DNA of 64,000 nt from Candidatus Thorarchaeota archaeon (GTDB taxonomy: Archaea; Asgardarchaeota; Thorarchaeia; Thorarchaeales; Thorarchaeaceae): assembly GCA_048882325.1 (NCBI GenBank), contig JBHLRS010000016.1, positions 1 through 64,000 on the forward strand. The letters run 5' to 3'. Position numbers and translations under genes: made by a program. The notes under the pieces were generated by a model. The model worked only from the letters and a program-made list of their open reading frames with translations, was not told where the DNA came from and made no database searches. Position 1 is the stretch's first letter. Every line of letters starts with the position of its first letter. Of the stretch, positions 18,339-28,126 are shown piece after piece.

Positions 18339-18815
18339 ATGGATAAGGAAGAAACTCTTGCATTCATCAATAATCAGATTGAGATGGAATTAAAAATCAT
18401 TGAAATTGTAGAGGAGAATGTTGCAAAGCTAGGCAACGCCTTTGTCAAAGACCTCCTATTAGCAGTTTCCTCAGACTCGAAAAAGCATGCTGAGCTACTC
18501 AAGTCGCTTCGGAGAGCCGTTGAAGGTCCGACTCCATTCATTAGTGAGAAGGAACGTGACAAGATTGCCAATGGGATTGAAGCGCATATCAAGATGGAAG
18601 AGCAAGCGGTCAAAACTTATGGCGAACTAGCTGAGAAGAGTGATAATGATCAGGTCAAAACTATCGCTCTGATGATCCGTGAGGATGAGTTCCGTCATCA
18701 TGCCCTCCTGAAGGAACTTCACCAGGCAGTGATTGAACCTGAAACACTTACCGAGGATGACATCTGGGACGTTATGTGGAAGGATACACCTTGGAAAGGA
18801 AGTCCGGGTGGATAG
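18339..18815 (+). CDS. Ferritin-like/rubrerythrin-family diiron protein
   Basis: Duplicated E...D/ExxH helices (DSKKH, EEQA, DEFRHH). Confidence 0.8.
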   Translation: MDKEETLAFINNQIEMELKIIEIVEENVAKLGNAFVKDLLLAVSSDSKKHAELLKSLRRAVEGPTPFISEKERDKIANGIEAHIKMEEQAVKTYGELAEKSDNDQVKTIALMIREDEFRHHALLKELHQAVIEPETLTEDDIWDVMWKDTPWKGSPGG

Positions 18816-18941
18816 GTTTCCAGACACTTTCTGGATTTTTTTTTGGAACTTGCAGTCAGGCATCTTAATCCCATGCGGGAAATGAGCAAGCAGATCCTTA
18901 TCTGCAGCCTCTTCTAGCTGTAACTTTAGAAGAAACACTGT

Positions 18942-19496
18942 TTATTCAGAGGTGAAGTGGTCAACTACTGCCATGAATCCTTCATCTAGACGGTCTATTC
19001 CAATACCAGTTCGTGCAGAGATCATTTGACCACCCATATCGTACTTCTGCATGACATAGCGCATCTCATCTTGGATGAAGTCATAACGGTTCTCCTCAAG
19101 CAAGTCAACCTTGTTGGCCACAATCATAAAGCGTGGACCATCCCCCTCCAGCAGTTTGAGTTTACTGTTATCTTCGATTGCAGGAATCCAGTATCCCTCA
19201 AGGCTGTCCAATGTCTGAAGCCTAGTGACATCAAAGAAGAGGAGACCGACTGTTGCTCCTCGAATCATTGACTTCATTTGATCAATGAAACGTAACTGAC
19301 CCCCAAAGTCCCAGATCGAAAGGGTCACATCCAATCCACTAGGAGTCACTATTTTCTTTGTATCAAAGCTAGCACCGATAGTAGTTCTAAGAAAATTAGG
19401 GTCCGGAAAGTTGCCTGTGGTATACCTCTGAGTGAAAGAGGTTTTTCCACACTCGGTATCCCCGAGAACTACAGCTTTCAGGATTTTCATGAACAC
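18942..19496 (-). CDS. Rab/Ras-like small GTPase
   Basis: G1 GDTECGKTS, G2 TTIG, G3 WDFGGQ.RF, G4 NKVD, G5 SAR. Confidence 0.93.
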   Translation of the reverse strand: MFMKILKAVVLGDTECGKTSFTQRYTTGNFPDPNFLRTTIGASFDTKKIVTPSGLDVTLSIWDFGGQLRFIDQMKSMIRGATVGLLFFDVTRLQTLDSLEGYWIPAIEDNSKLKLLEGDGPRFMIVANKVDLLEENRYDFIQDEMRYVMQKYDMGGQMISARTGIGIDRLDEGFMAVVDHFTSE

Positions 19497-19499
19497 ACC

Positions 19500-20957
19500 C
19501 TAATATTCGATTTTTATCGACCCGTCTTCTTCCACACCTTGGTTGGTGAGTTCGTCGAGTCGTTCAACAGTACGTGATAAACGTGCCGTTACTGGTGGAC
19601 TACTCAGAACAGCAACTACGCCTGCTACAAATAGCAAGAATATAACCACTACGGGAACATCTGGTGGTACAGGAGGGATGTTGTCTGAATACATCGATAC
19701 AATTGCGATCATCAGTGCTGCCACAATGAATGACATCAATCTACCAGCTGCAGAACCGCCACCAACTCTTATCATACGAACTGCGAGACGGATGAACATT
19801 AACGCACCAATAGTGATAATTACACCAAAAGCCAACCAAACATTAGTGTTTGTCATGCCTATCTCCTGACCCAATGCATGGTCAGTTGCGAGAGGAAATG
19901 TAAGGAAAACTGCAGCAGTTCCAAAGACGACCATTGCCTCTCTAGTGAAAGTCTGAACCCAGTCGCCATATAGTGATGATACCGCAGCAAGCATGAAAGC
20001 AATGATTGCTAAAGAACCGATAATGACATCAACCCAGACAAGGTACTGATTCCATATAAGTCCGTTAGAGATAAAGACAGCCCATGAAAGTGAATGTGTC
20101 GCTACCAATAATGCTACGAAGGTTACAACAGCACCAAGATACAACGGTGTCTTTGCTCCGGTTTCAAAGGCTTGATCAAGGAAGTAGTTGAGTGGCGCCA
20201 TGAGACAGAATGCAGTGAACATTTCAGCTCCAACGAAAAAGAAAATCGTCCAACTACCAGCATCAGCGGCTGATGCAAGTATAGGCGTGCCAAGAGTGAA
20301 GGTGAAAAGCATAAGGAACACAGCAATAGTTGTTCTCCATGGTTTCCTGATAGAGCTGAAGACCGTTGCAGCGACAATGATTGGAATAACCTGCAATATA
20401 TAATACTCAGGATTGTTGAATATCCAGCCTGAGGCTGCAATTATCCATGTTGACATGTATAGCAACAGAACAATGAGCAAAGATGCTGAGAAAGTCGAAG
20501 GATTTTCTCGGAGAAGGACTAGTGCAAAATACACAGCACCCAGCAAAAGCACTGTCAAACCAATCATCATGAAATAGAGGGGAAAATTGTAAATTTCCTC
20601 AAGGAAGTTGTTGACATAAACTCCAATTATAATGAGGACTATAACGACCATTCCCTGATTGGCTCTTTTCTCTGGTTGAAGAATGTATAACTCCGCAATC
20701 AAAATGGCTCCGAGGAAAAATGCGCCTGTTCCAGTCACCATAAAACGCATGACCTCTGAAACTGCAGTAAACGTCGCCAAGGCCATTGCGATGCCCGACA
20801 TTGCATATGCAATTAAAGCACGTCGAGTACCAACTCCGATGTCAGGATAGATCTCTCTAACACGACTTGCAAATAGTATAAGTGAAAGAGCAAGAACTAC
20901 GACTATTACATTACCAGAGTCTAGAAGTGTTGAATAGAAATCGATAGGTATTTGCAT
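19500..20957 (-). CDS. Polytopic membrane protein (about 15 TM)
   Basis: About 15 hydrophobic segments counted by eye; ATG at 20957 lies just after the upstream stop (ORF track start is 20987). Confidence 0.8.
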   Translation of the reverse strand: MQIPIDFYSTLLDSGNVIVVVLALSLILFASRVREIYPDIGVGTRRALIAYAMSGIAMALATFTAVSEVMRFMVTGTGAFFLGAILIAELYILQPEKRANQGMVVIVLIIIGVYVNNFLEEIYNFPLYFMMIGLTVLLLGAVYFALVLLRENPSTFSASLLIVLLLYMSTWIIAASGWIFNNPEYYILQVIPIIVAATVFSSIRKPWRTTIAVFLMLFTFTLGTPILASAADAGSWTIFFFVGAEMFTAFCLMAPLNYFLDQAFETGAKTPLYLGAVVTFVALLVATHSLSWAVFISNGLIWNQYLVWVDVIIGSLAIIAFMLAAVSSLYGDWVQTFTREAMVVFGTAAVFLTFPLATDHALGQEIGMTNTNVWLAFGVIITIGALMFIRLAVRMIRVGGGSAAGRLMSFIVAALMIAIVSMYSDNIPPVPPDVPVVVIFLLFVAGVVAVLSSPPVTARLSRTVERLDELTNQGVEEDGSIKIEY

Positions 20958-20961
20958 TATA

Positions 20962-21336
20962 TCATCCCCAAAGGCTACTAATTTCACGTCCTCTCTTTCT
21001 CAGAGCTTTCGCAATTATCTTTGATAACCACTCTTCCGACGCATTGGCATTCTCCATGATAAGTGAAAGAACTGCACCAGATTCTTTCTCATTGTCAGCT
21101 TCACAAATATACAGAAATTCAGTTTGTTGGATGTAACCAACGACTCCCTTGTCTGACTTCATGTAATTCGGAGTTGTTGAGTCAGATATTGAATCAGTTC
21201 GTTGAAGAGCTGTTGATACCAGTTGGACAATACCTGTAAGGAGGGCAACTCTCTCGGCACTCTGTTCTTCTGGTGGATATAGCACCATTGATTTCATATT
21301 GTCCAATATAACACGTACTACCATTCGTACAACCAT
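20962..21336 (-). CDS. Putative longin/roadblock-like protein
   Basis: About 120 aa with beta-beta-helix(LLTGIVQLV)-beta-beta-beta(LYICEAD)-helix-helix pattern. Confidence 0.5.
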   Translation of the reverse strand: MVVRMVVRVILDNMKSMVLYPPEEQSAERVALLTGIVQLVSTALQRTDSISDSTTPNYMKSDKGVVGYIQQTEFLYICEADNEKESGAVLSLIMENANASEEWLSKIIAKALRKRGREISSLWG

Positions 21337-21635
21337 CAGGATTTACCTCCAAAGGCTTTTGTAAGCCAATCAATTTCCTTCGAATCATCTCCCTTTGACT
21401 CAGAGGAATCCTTGCTAGATCGATGCGGCACAACAATGTCGCGTACTCCTAATCCATCACCACTTCGAAGGTTGTAGAGAGTCACTAATAGCTCATGGTT
21501 GTTATCACATCTGACAATTAATGTGGGCGAGCGCCCCTCATTTTGAATCCGTTTTTTTACAGACTCAGCCTCAGCATCGCTCATCTGGACTATGGCGTTG
21601 CCTTTGCATTCTGGGCATTTAAAACGAATTTCCAT
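21336..21635 (-). CDS. Zinc-finger protein (CxxC...CxxxH)
   Basis: FKCPECKG and RCDNNH; its TGA overlaps the next ATG. Confidence 0.75.
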   Translation of the reverse strand: MEIRFKCPECKGNAIVQMSDAEAESVKKRIQNEGRSPTLIVRCDNNHELLVTLYNLRSGDGLGVRDIVVPHRSSKDSSESKGDDSKEIDWLTKAFGGKS

Positions 21636-21839
21636 TGTAGCGCGTTTCCTGTCGTCTGGTCCCGGCCATTTTGATAATTCTCATTACTTAAGGTTAGCTT
21701 GTAGAGAACCTCCTGAAAACGCATTGCGAACATCGCAAATGATGGGGTCGTGAGAGAAATCGAAAGAACTGCCCTAAGCCAATCCTTATGTTGGAATAAA
21801 CGAGCTGCTTGAAACATTGCTGCAAGTCGGAGAGAGAAT

Positions 21840-23747
21840 GTGAATATGACAGTTGAAGACGTCAAAAGAACTGATAGTGGACCTGCTCTAATGCTTGCTA
21901 ATGAAGCTGTTGTGAGAGGTGCACTGGAATCAGATGTAAAGATAGTCGCGTTCTATCCTGGATCTCCAGTATCTGAAATCTTAGACACCTTTGGAGAGGT
22001 CATGGACCACTTTGGCGATTACAAGATGCATATATCAGTCAATGAGAAAGTTGCTCTGGAAACCGTTGCTGGAGCTTCAATGGCAGGGATGCGGTCATTT
22101 ACCTCTATGAAGAGTGTTGGAATGAATGTCGCCAGTGATTCGATGTTCTCTATCGGGTATACCGGTCTCAATGCAGGGTGTGTATGTCTTATTGCGGATG
22201 ATCCCTATGCACATTCATCCCAATCTGAAGAGGACGGACGGTACTATGGAGAAGCTGCTTACGTTCCCATGTTGGAACCTTCTACAGCTCAAGAAGCGCT
22301 TGACATGACAAAGTGGGCATTCGAACTTTCTGAAAAGCACAAGACATTGGTTATCTTGCGGACAACGACCAGAGTAAATCATCAAAGAGGAATGGTGGAC
22401 CTAGGTAAACTAGACAGAAAACCATTCAAAAAAAACAAGTGGCAGGACGTTAAAGGACAGTATTTCACAGTAGGTTCCGTGGCTCGAGCTCTGAAAGCGA
22501 AACTACTCGAAAAGACTGCAGCAATAAGGACAGATTTCGAAGCGTCCGATTTTAATAAGGTTGTACCAGGTAGCGGTAAAGTGGGAATACTTACCGCTGG
22601 AGTATGCTTCCTGCATGTCAAGGAAGCAATGCAAAATCTGGGCATTGATTTACCAGTATTCAAGCTCGGCACTCTTTTCCCATTGCCGGAAAAGAAACTC
22701 TCCAATTTCATCAAGTCCCTTTCTACTCTGATAGTTGTGGAGGAATTGACACCCTACTTGGAAACGCGGATAGCAGCAATTGCACACACTGCGAATCCGG
22801 AACTCAACATCATTGGGAAGAGAAGCGGTCACTTCTCAGAGATGCTTGAATATAACGTACCCATAGTTGAGAAGGTTCTTGCTGAGGTAACTGACAAGAA
22901 GATCAGTATGGACTATGACGCTGTTTTGAAACGAGCTGAGAAACTCAAAGCTGTACTTCCTGCCAGACCCCCTATATTCTGTCCAGGATGTCCACACAGA
23001 GGAACTCTCTGGGCTTTTAGACAGGCTCTGCAGCAGTTAAGAATTAGGGACAATATTGTGTTCAACAACGACATTGGATGCTACTCAATGGCTTTCCTTC
23101 CTCCAAACGAATTTTCTGATTCAATGCTGGCTATGGGCGCATCTCTTGGTCTGTCTGCAGGTATGGAGATGGCTCTAGAGGACAAGGTGATCGCTATGGT
23201 TGGCGACAGTACCCTCTACCACGCAGCCCTTCCAGGAATTGTCAATCTCATTCATCACAATCAAAATGTCACTCTATTTGTCTTGGACAACTCGGTCACG
23301 GCAATGACAGGACAACAGTTCAATCCAAACTCTCCATTTGATGCAGGCGGAACTCCTGCTAGAAAGATCAACATGGAGAAACTGTTCGAAGCATTAGGTG
23401 CTGACAAGATTGTGATTATGGATCCATATGAAACTCGTGATTGTATTGGAACTATCAAAGACGCGATTGAGTCTGATGGATTCTCTGTGATTATCTCAAG
23501 ACGCGAGTGTGCCCTTTATGGAGACCGCGAGAAAAAGAAACGCGGTGAGAAGATAGTACCAAGTGAAAATGTGAAGGATACTTGTAGAGGTGTCTATTCC
23601 TGTGTGAGAGAGTTCTACTGTCCAGCTATCACAGTGGATGAGGCTGACGCAAAAATGGTCATTCAGACAGACCTATGCGATGGATGTCTTGAGTGTAGAG
23701 AGGTGTGCCCTGTGGATGCTCCTCGTCAAATGGAGGTGAACCAATGA
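21840..23747 (+). CDS. iorA: Indolepyruvate:ferredoxin oxidoreductase alpha subunit
   Basis: YPGSP, NEKVALE, MKSVG.NVA.D, CPGCPHR, DIGCY, GDST, DN..TAMTG.Q and C-terminal ferredoxin domain. Confidence 0.95.
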   Translation: MNMTVEDVKRTDSGPALMLANEAVVRGALESDVKIVAFYPGSPVSEILDTFGEVMDHFGDYKMHISVNEKVALETVAGASMAGMRSFTSMKSVGMNVASDSMFSIGYTGLNAGCVCLIADDPYAHSSQSEEDGRYYGEAAYVPMLEPSTAQEALDMTKWAFELSEKHKTLVILRTTTRVNHQRGMVDLGKLDRKPFKKNKWQDVKGQYFTVGSVARALKAKLLEKTAAIRTDFEASDFNKVVPGSGKVGILTAGVCFLHVKEAMQNLGIDLPVFKLGTLFPLPEKKLSNFIKSLSTLIVVEELTPYLETRIAAIAHTANPELNIIGKRSGHFSEMLEYNVPIVEKVLAEVTDKKISMDYDAVLKRAEKLKAVLPARPPIFCPGCPHRGTLWAFRQALQQLRIRDNIVFNNDIGCYSMAFLPPNEFSDSMLAMGASLGLSAGMEMALEDKVIAMVGDSTLYHAALPGIVNLIHHNQNVTLFVLDNSVTAMTGQQFNPNSPFDAGGTPARKINMEKLFEALGADKIVIMDPYETRDCIGTIKDAIESDGFSVIISRRECALYGDREKKKRGEKIVPSENVKDTCRGVYSCVREFYCPAITVDEADAKMVIQTDLCDGCLECREVCPVDAPRQMEVNQ

Positions 23748-24376
23748 GTAAGGCAAATGGAACATTCAATATCATGTTTGCAGGTGTGGGTGGACAAGGC
23801 CTTATGCTCCTCTCTGCAATCTTAGGTAAAGCAGCTGTTGATGCTGGACTTAAGGTTATGACTGGAGAACAGCACGGACTCTCTCAGCGACAAGGTTCAA
23901 TTTATGTCCATTTCAGGATTGGGGATCCAATCTCTCCTCTTATTCCCTACGGGAAGGCAGATATTCTGATTGCTATGGAAGCTACTGAAGCACTCAGATA
24001 TGTTGAGTATCTCAAGGAGGGTGGAGTGGTCATCATGAGTAATAGAATAATGCCCTCAGTCACTGAAACTGAACGTGTGGCCTTGGACAAAGAGAAAAAG
24101 ACAAAGTATCTCACCGTTGAAAAGATTGTCAAGCAATTGGAACAAGTCACCTCGAGAGTCGTACTATTAGACTCACTAGAATTAGCGATTCAAGCAGGAA
24201 ATGCTCGGACTGAAAACTCTGTACTCATTGGAGCAACAGTAGCCTGTGAGGACTTTCCTATACCTGCTGAAGAAGTCAGGAAAGCGGTCCTTGCGCTGGT
24301 TCCACCCAAGACAATCGAGGCAAACTCCAAAGCTTTTGATCTCGGGCGAGATGCAGGCAGTGCTTGTCTCGAGTAA
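23744..24376 (+). CDS. iorB: Indolepyruvate:ferredoxin oxidoreductase beta subunit
   Basis: AGVGGQG, E.HGLSQR.GS and EALR motifs; ATGA overlap with iorA and GGAGGTGA RBS. Confidence 0.94.
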   Translation: MSKANGTFNIMFAGVGGQGLMLLSAILGKAAVDAGLKVMTGEQHGLSQRQGSIYVHFRIGDPISPLIPYGKADILIAMEATEALRYVEYLKEGGVVIMSNRIMPSVTETERVALDKEKKTKYLTVEKIVKQLEQVTSRVVLLDSLELAIQAGNARTENSVLIGATVACEDFPIPAEEVRKAVLALVPPKTIEANSKAFDLGRDAGSACLE

Positions 24377-24472
24377 TGAATAGTCGTCTAACATTCATAC
24401 TTTCCAAACTATGCCTCACTCCATAGAGTTATTAACGGTCTTAACTTCCGCATCATCGGAGGCATCTTTACT

Positions 24473-25483
24473 ATGGTTAAGACTTATGATGCCATAATTA
24501 TTGGTGGAGGACCAGCGGGCTCATCTGCTGCGCTTCACTTGGCATATCATGAGAGAAAGGTGGTGGTGCTAGATAGGGGTACCAGTCCGATGCACTTTCA
24601 CACCAATTCGATACTCAACTTCTCTGGTTCCGTGTATCATGAGGGGAGAAGTCTCCTGAGGAATATCCAAGGTGAAGCTAGGGCAGCTGGAGCTGAATAC
24701 ATCGCTGCGGATGTTGTTGAAATAGGTGGGAGATATCCAAAATTCACAATAAAGACCAAGCCGAGTTATCGTACTGAGGACGAAAGTGTATACCATGCAA
24801 AGACACTCTTGATTGCAACAGGCACCGCTCGGAAACATCCGAAAGTGGATGGAATGTGGCGGTCCTGGTTACCAGTAGCCAATGTGGGTAATGGAGCATT
24901 CTATTGTCCTGATTGTGAAGCGCCACTCTGTAAGGACAAGAAGGTGTTGGTAGTGAATGTCGGAACAGTTGGAAGCGCTCTTCATGTTGCGCATGCCCTC
25001 TCACGTTTTACCAACCCGGACAACATACAAATTCTCATGACAGAAGATGCGTATGTTCCATTTGAGCATCAAGAGATCCTGAAACTGGAGCAGGCGGAAT
25101 TCACATGGACATCGGGAAAGATCAAGTCAATTGATTTCCCACGACCAGGAGTGGTTCAGTCAGTTACACTTACTGATGGTCGAAAGCTGAAGGCTAATGT
25201 GTTCTTCGTTTCTTTTGTGGACCTTGCAAGGTCAGAGATTGCTCAACAGATCGGTGTTGAGGTTGATGGTAAAGGAAACATTGTCACAGACCATCGCGGA
25301 AAGACCAACATAGAGGGAGTCTGGGCAGCTGGTGATGTAAGAGCAATAACTCAACAAGTCGCAATGGCAGTTGGAACAGGAAACTATGCTGCACTAATGA
25401 TGAATCAATTCTTAGGGAATGATTACGAACAAGATGCTGAATTCGATCATCCTGATTATAGAAGAGCGCTCCATATAGACTAA
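24473..25483 (+). CDS. Thioredoxin-reductase-like FAD oxidoreductase
   Basis: IIGGGPAG, ATG, YCPDCE and GVWAAGD motifs. Confidence 0.85.
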   Translation: MVKTYDAIIIGGGPAGSSAALHLAYHERKVVVLDRGTSPMHFHTNSILNFSGSVYHEGRSLLRNIQGEARAAGAEYIAADVVEIGGRYPKFTIKTKPSYRTEDESVYHAKTLLIATGTARKHPKVDGMWRSWLPVANVGNGAFYCPDCEAPLCKDKKVLVVNVGTVGSALHVAHALSRFTNPDNIQILMTEDAYVPFEHQEILKLEQAEFTWTSGKIKSIDFPRPGVVQSVTLTDGRKLKANVFFVSFVDLARSEIAQQIGVEVDGKGNIVTDHRGKTNIEGVWAAGDVRAITQQVAMAVGTGNYAALMMNQFLGNDYEQDAEFDHPDYRRALHID

Positions 25484-25582
25484 GAGTTGAACTCACCTTC
25501 TAGTAAACATCTTTGAAAGATATTCTTATAAGAGCAGAACTAACAATTGTTAATTGACTTACAGTCGAAAGGAGATGCTAGC

Positions 25583-26065
25583 GTGAGTGGACCTGAAGCA
25601 GCCATTATAGAAGTGATGAAAGACCAAATTGATGTAGAGCAAGCGACGCTAAATAGATTGGTTAAACTGGAGGAGGATGCAAAGGAACCAGCAGTTCGAC
25701 TTGCTTTCATGGAGCTTCGTTTGGACACATGGAAGCACATCAAGTTTCTTGAGGGGATGATTGAGCATTTGACAAATACTCCATGTGATGAGTGGTCAGC
25801 TAAGGTTGCACGATATGCTGGGAGAATCAAGCTCGAACGAGAGATTGATGGCTTGATAGAAGACGAGAGTGAAATGACGAGTCTATTAGACAAAGCTCTT
25901 GAGAAAATTAAAGATCCTGTTGCTCAGTTACTGATCGAACACCTAAGAGAGGAAGAAGACAGCCATCTAGACTATCTAGCAAAATGGGTGAAAGTACTTC
26001 AACAAACACCGCTCCAATCAAAAAAGGGAGAGAAGGGAACAGATATAGTGTGTGATACTGACTAG
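25583..26065 (+). CDS. Ferritin-like protein
   Basis: E...DTWKH and EEDSH diiron-type helices; GTG at 25583 follows GGAG. Confidence 0.75.
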   Translation: MSGPEAAIIEVMKDQIDVEQATLNRLVKLEEDAKEPAVRLAFMELRLDTWKHIKFLEGMIEHLTNTPCDEWSAKVARYAGRIKLEREIDGLIEDESEMTSLLDKALEKIKDPVAQLLIEHLREEEDSHLDYLAKWVKVLQQTPLQSKKGEKGTDIVCDTD

Positions 26066-26103
26066 AAAAGACAGATTTGACCTAACGAGGAGATGAAACT
26101 GCA

Positions 26104-26580
26104 ATGCCCAGTTTAGACGACATTCGGAAAGACGCACTATCGGCTGATGAAGCAATAGAATCAATGTCACCCATGTACAAGGGAGGCTTTACACGTCAAC
26201 GAGACGATTACAAACTCAACAAGGAAGCAGCTGAAAAAATCAAGAAATTCTTCGAGGAAGGTTATTCTATTGTCGCGCTTTTTGCGGATTGGTGTGGTGA
26301 CTCTCGACGAGCCATCCCCGTACTTGCCTTGCTAGAGAAGGAGATTGGGAAGCATATACCTTGTCTGGGAGGAATGAAGAAACCTCCATATGGTTCAGAC
26401 AAACTTTGGGAGATACCGCCTTCTCCCGAGGAAGTAGATACATTCGACGTCAAAAGTAGTCCAACTATTTTAATATTCGATAAGAGTGGAAAAGAAATCG
26501 GAAGAATAAAGACTCGTGCTAAAATGACTCCATCTATCGAAGAAGAAATCGTCAAGATAATCGAGGATTCTCGTTCCTAG
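26104..26580 (+). CDS. Thioredoxin-fold protein (WCGDS)
   Basis: ADWCGDS..AIP and SPT.L.F...G.EIGRI motifs. Confidence 0.85.
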   Translation: MPSLDDIRKDALSADEAIESMSPMYKGGFTRQRDDYKLNKEAAEKIKKFFEEGYSIVALFADWCGDSRRAIPVLALLEKEIGKHIPCLGGMKKPPYGSDKLWEIPPSPEEVDTFDVKSSPTILIFDKSGKEIGRIKTRAKMTPSIEEEIVKIIEDSRS

Positions 26581-26586
26581 CAGTTT

Positions 26587-27573
26587 TCACTTAAACTGTG
26601 ACATCACGTTCTCCGTAAACAATCGTAACCCACGCTTGCTGGGTAGATCTTCAAACCGTAGTGTGAAGTATGTAATTCCTAGATCAATAAGCGATTCAAA
26701 CTTCTCAGCAATTTCTTCAGGTGTCCCCATGATGATAATGGCTGAAAACTTGTTATCTGGATAATCAGCAAGACGCTTTATCTCTGAGGAGTATTGGTCT
26801 CTTTCTTTCTCGTCTTCATAAATCCAGAACCAGCAACCCCAGGAAAAGGTAATCTCTTTGAAATCCCGTCCAATCTCAGCACAGGTTTCTTCAATGTAGC
26901 TAAGCCGCTCATGAAGCAGGTCTAAGTCCATCCCACCGTAGATATCGATATGATTGGCATACTTAGCGGCAACACCTAATGTTCGATTCCCCCTACCGCC
27001 TATGACAATTGGAAATGGCTTCTGAACAGGTTTTGGCTCACAGATCACATCCTTGATTTTGAAATGCTTCCCCTCGAAAGAAATGAGATGTTCATCACTA
27101 AACATTAGATTCATCATTTCTATTGTTTCAATGAGTTGAGCAAGTCGGATACTGTGTTTTGGAAAGGGAAAACCAAATGCTTTGTATTCGTGAGGAGTCC
27201 AACCGAGTCCTAGACCTAGAGGATACAAACGACCATTCGAGATGTCATCAAGTGTAGCAATTTCTTTGATGAAGAGTGAGGGATTCGGGAGATACCTCAT
27301 CGTGTTTGTTGTGAGGGTGCCTACTGTCACCTTCTCGGTTACTGCAGCAAGAGCAGCCAGCATAGACATACATGCATACCGGGACACGTCATCCATCGGG
27401 TGATCTGGGACAATTACAGAATCAAATCCTAGACGCTCACATTCTTGAGCTATATCTTTGATCACCGGCCACTGTATCTTCTCATATGGTGTGATGTTGA
27501 TGTTTTCACTATCAGGCGCTACTGTTGAGATAACACGACTCAATCTAGCTCCAAACTTGATTTTAGACGCCAT
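26587..27573 (-). CDS. LLM-class (luciferase-like, probably F420-dependent) oxidoreductase
   Basis: E.LGFDS...PDH, ATLD.IS.GR, GLG.GW, F.G.HF and PKPVQKP motifs. Confidence 0.9.
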   Translation of the reverse strand: MASKIKFGARLSRVISTVAPDSENINITPYEKIQWPVIKDIAQECERLGFDSVIVPDHPMDDVSRYACMSMLAALAAVTEKVTVGTLTTNTMRYLPNPSLFIKEIATLDDISNGRLYPLGLGLGWTPHEYKAFGFPFPKHSIRLAQLIETIEMMNLMFSDEHLISFEGKHFKIKDVICEPKPVQKPFPIVIGGRGNRTLGVAAKYANHIDIYGGMDLDLLHERLSYIEETCAEIGRDFKEITFSWGCWFWIYEDEKERDQYSSEIKRLADYPDNKFSAIIIMGTPEEIAEKFESLIDLGITYFTLRFEDLPSKRGLRLFTENVMSQFK

Positions 27574-27630
27574 GATGGTATCTCCTAACTAAGTCGGAGA
27601 AATTGTCTCGGTGTCTAATATCTCATCTTG

Positions 27631-28026
27631 TTAATGCCTGCAATCTCGGCAATTTTCAAAACCTTTGTGTGAACACTCCGCGACTACTCTTCCTCCATGT
27701 TTCCGACCCCAATCCTGCATTGCTTCTAATGAAGGACTGAGATCACGACCTTTATCGGTCAAAGTGTACCAAACCTTTGGAGGAATTGTCGACACATCCA
27801 CATCACGTGAGATAATCCCAGCCTCTTGTAGTTCTCTAAGTCTTTGTGTTAGAACTTTTGGACTAATCCAACTCAATTCTTTCTGCAACTCATTGAATCT
27901 CATCCCTATAACAGCCTCTGGTCTCAATAGGACCTGAATAATAAGAATTGACCAACGCTTGCCAAGAATCTTGGAAGCTGCAAAGACAGGGCACATCTCC
28001 ACACTTTCTTTCGTCCGCACTGTCAT
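27631..28026 (-). CDS. HxlR-family winged-helix regulator with Cys-rich tail
   Basis: CPV....ILG.RW, RFNEL, ISPKVLTQRLRELQ and PPKV.Y.LT.KG; ATG at 28026. Confidence 0.92.
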   Translation of the reverse strand: MTVRTKESVEMCPVFAASKILGKRWSILIIQVLLRPEAVIGMRFNELQKELSWISPKVLTQRLRELQEAGIISRDVDVSTIPPKVWYTLTDKGRDLSPSLEAMQDWGRKHGGRVVAECSHKGFENCRDCRH

Positions 28027-28061
28027 GAGAGTAACTTCCCATTCGGTAACTGCTAACTTTA

Positions 28062-28079
28062 TAATAGTTATAACTATTA
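28062..28079. promoter_or_regulatory. 18-bp perfect palindrome, candidate HxlR operator
   Basis: TAATAGTTATAACTATTA between divergent genes, with extra TAACT half-sites nearby. Confidence 0.6.
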
Positions 28080-28126
28080 GCTGAACCAATAAAAAATTAA
28101 CTATTGCAAAGACAGAGGGACTTCTG

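Noticed and set aside
21724-21738. TTGCGA-aca-TCGCAA inverted repeat upstream of iorA
   Set aside because: 6-bp arms are expected by chance and no second copy was seen
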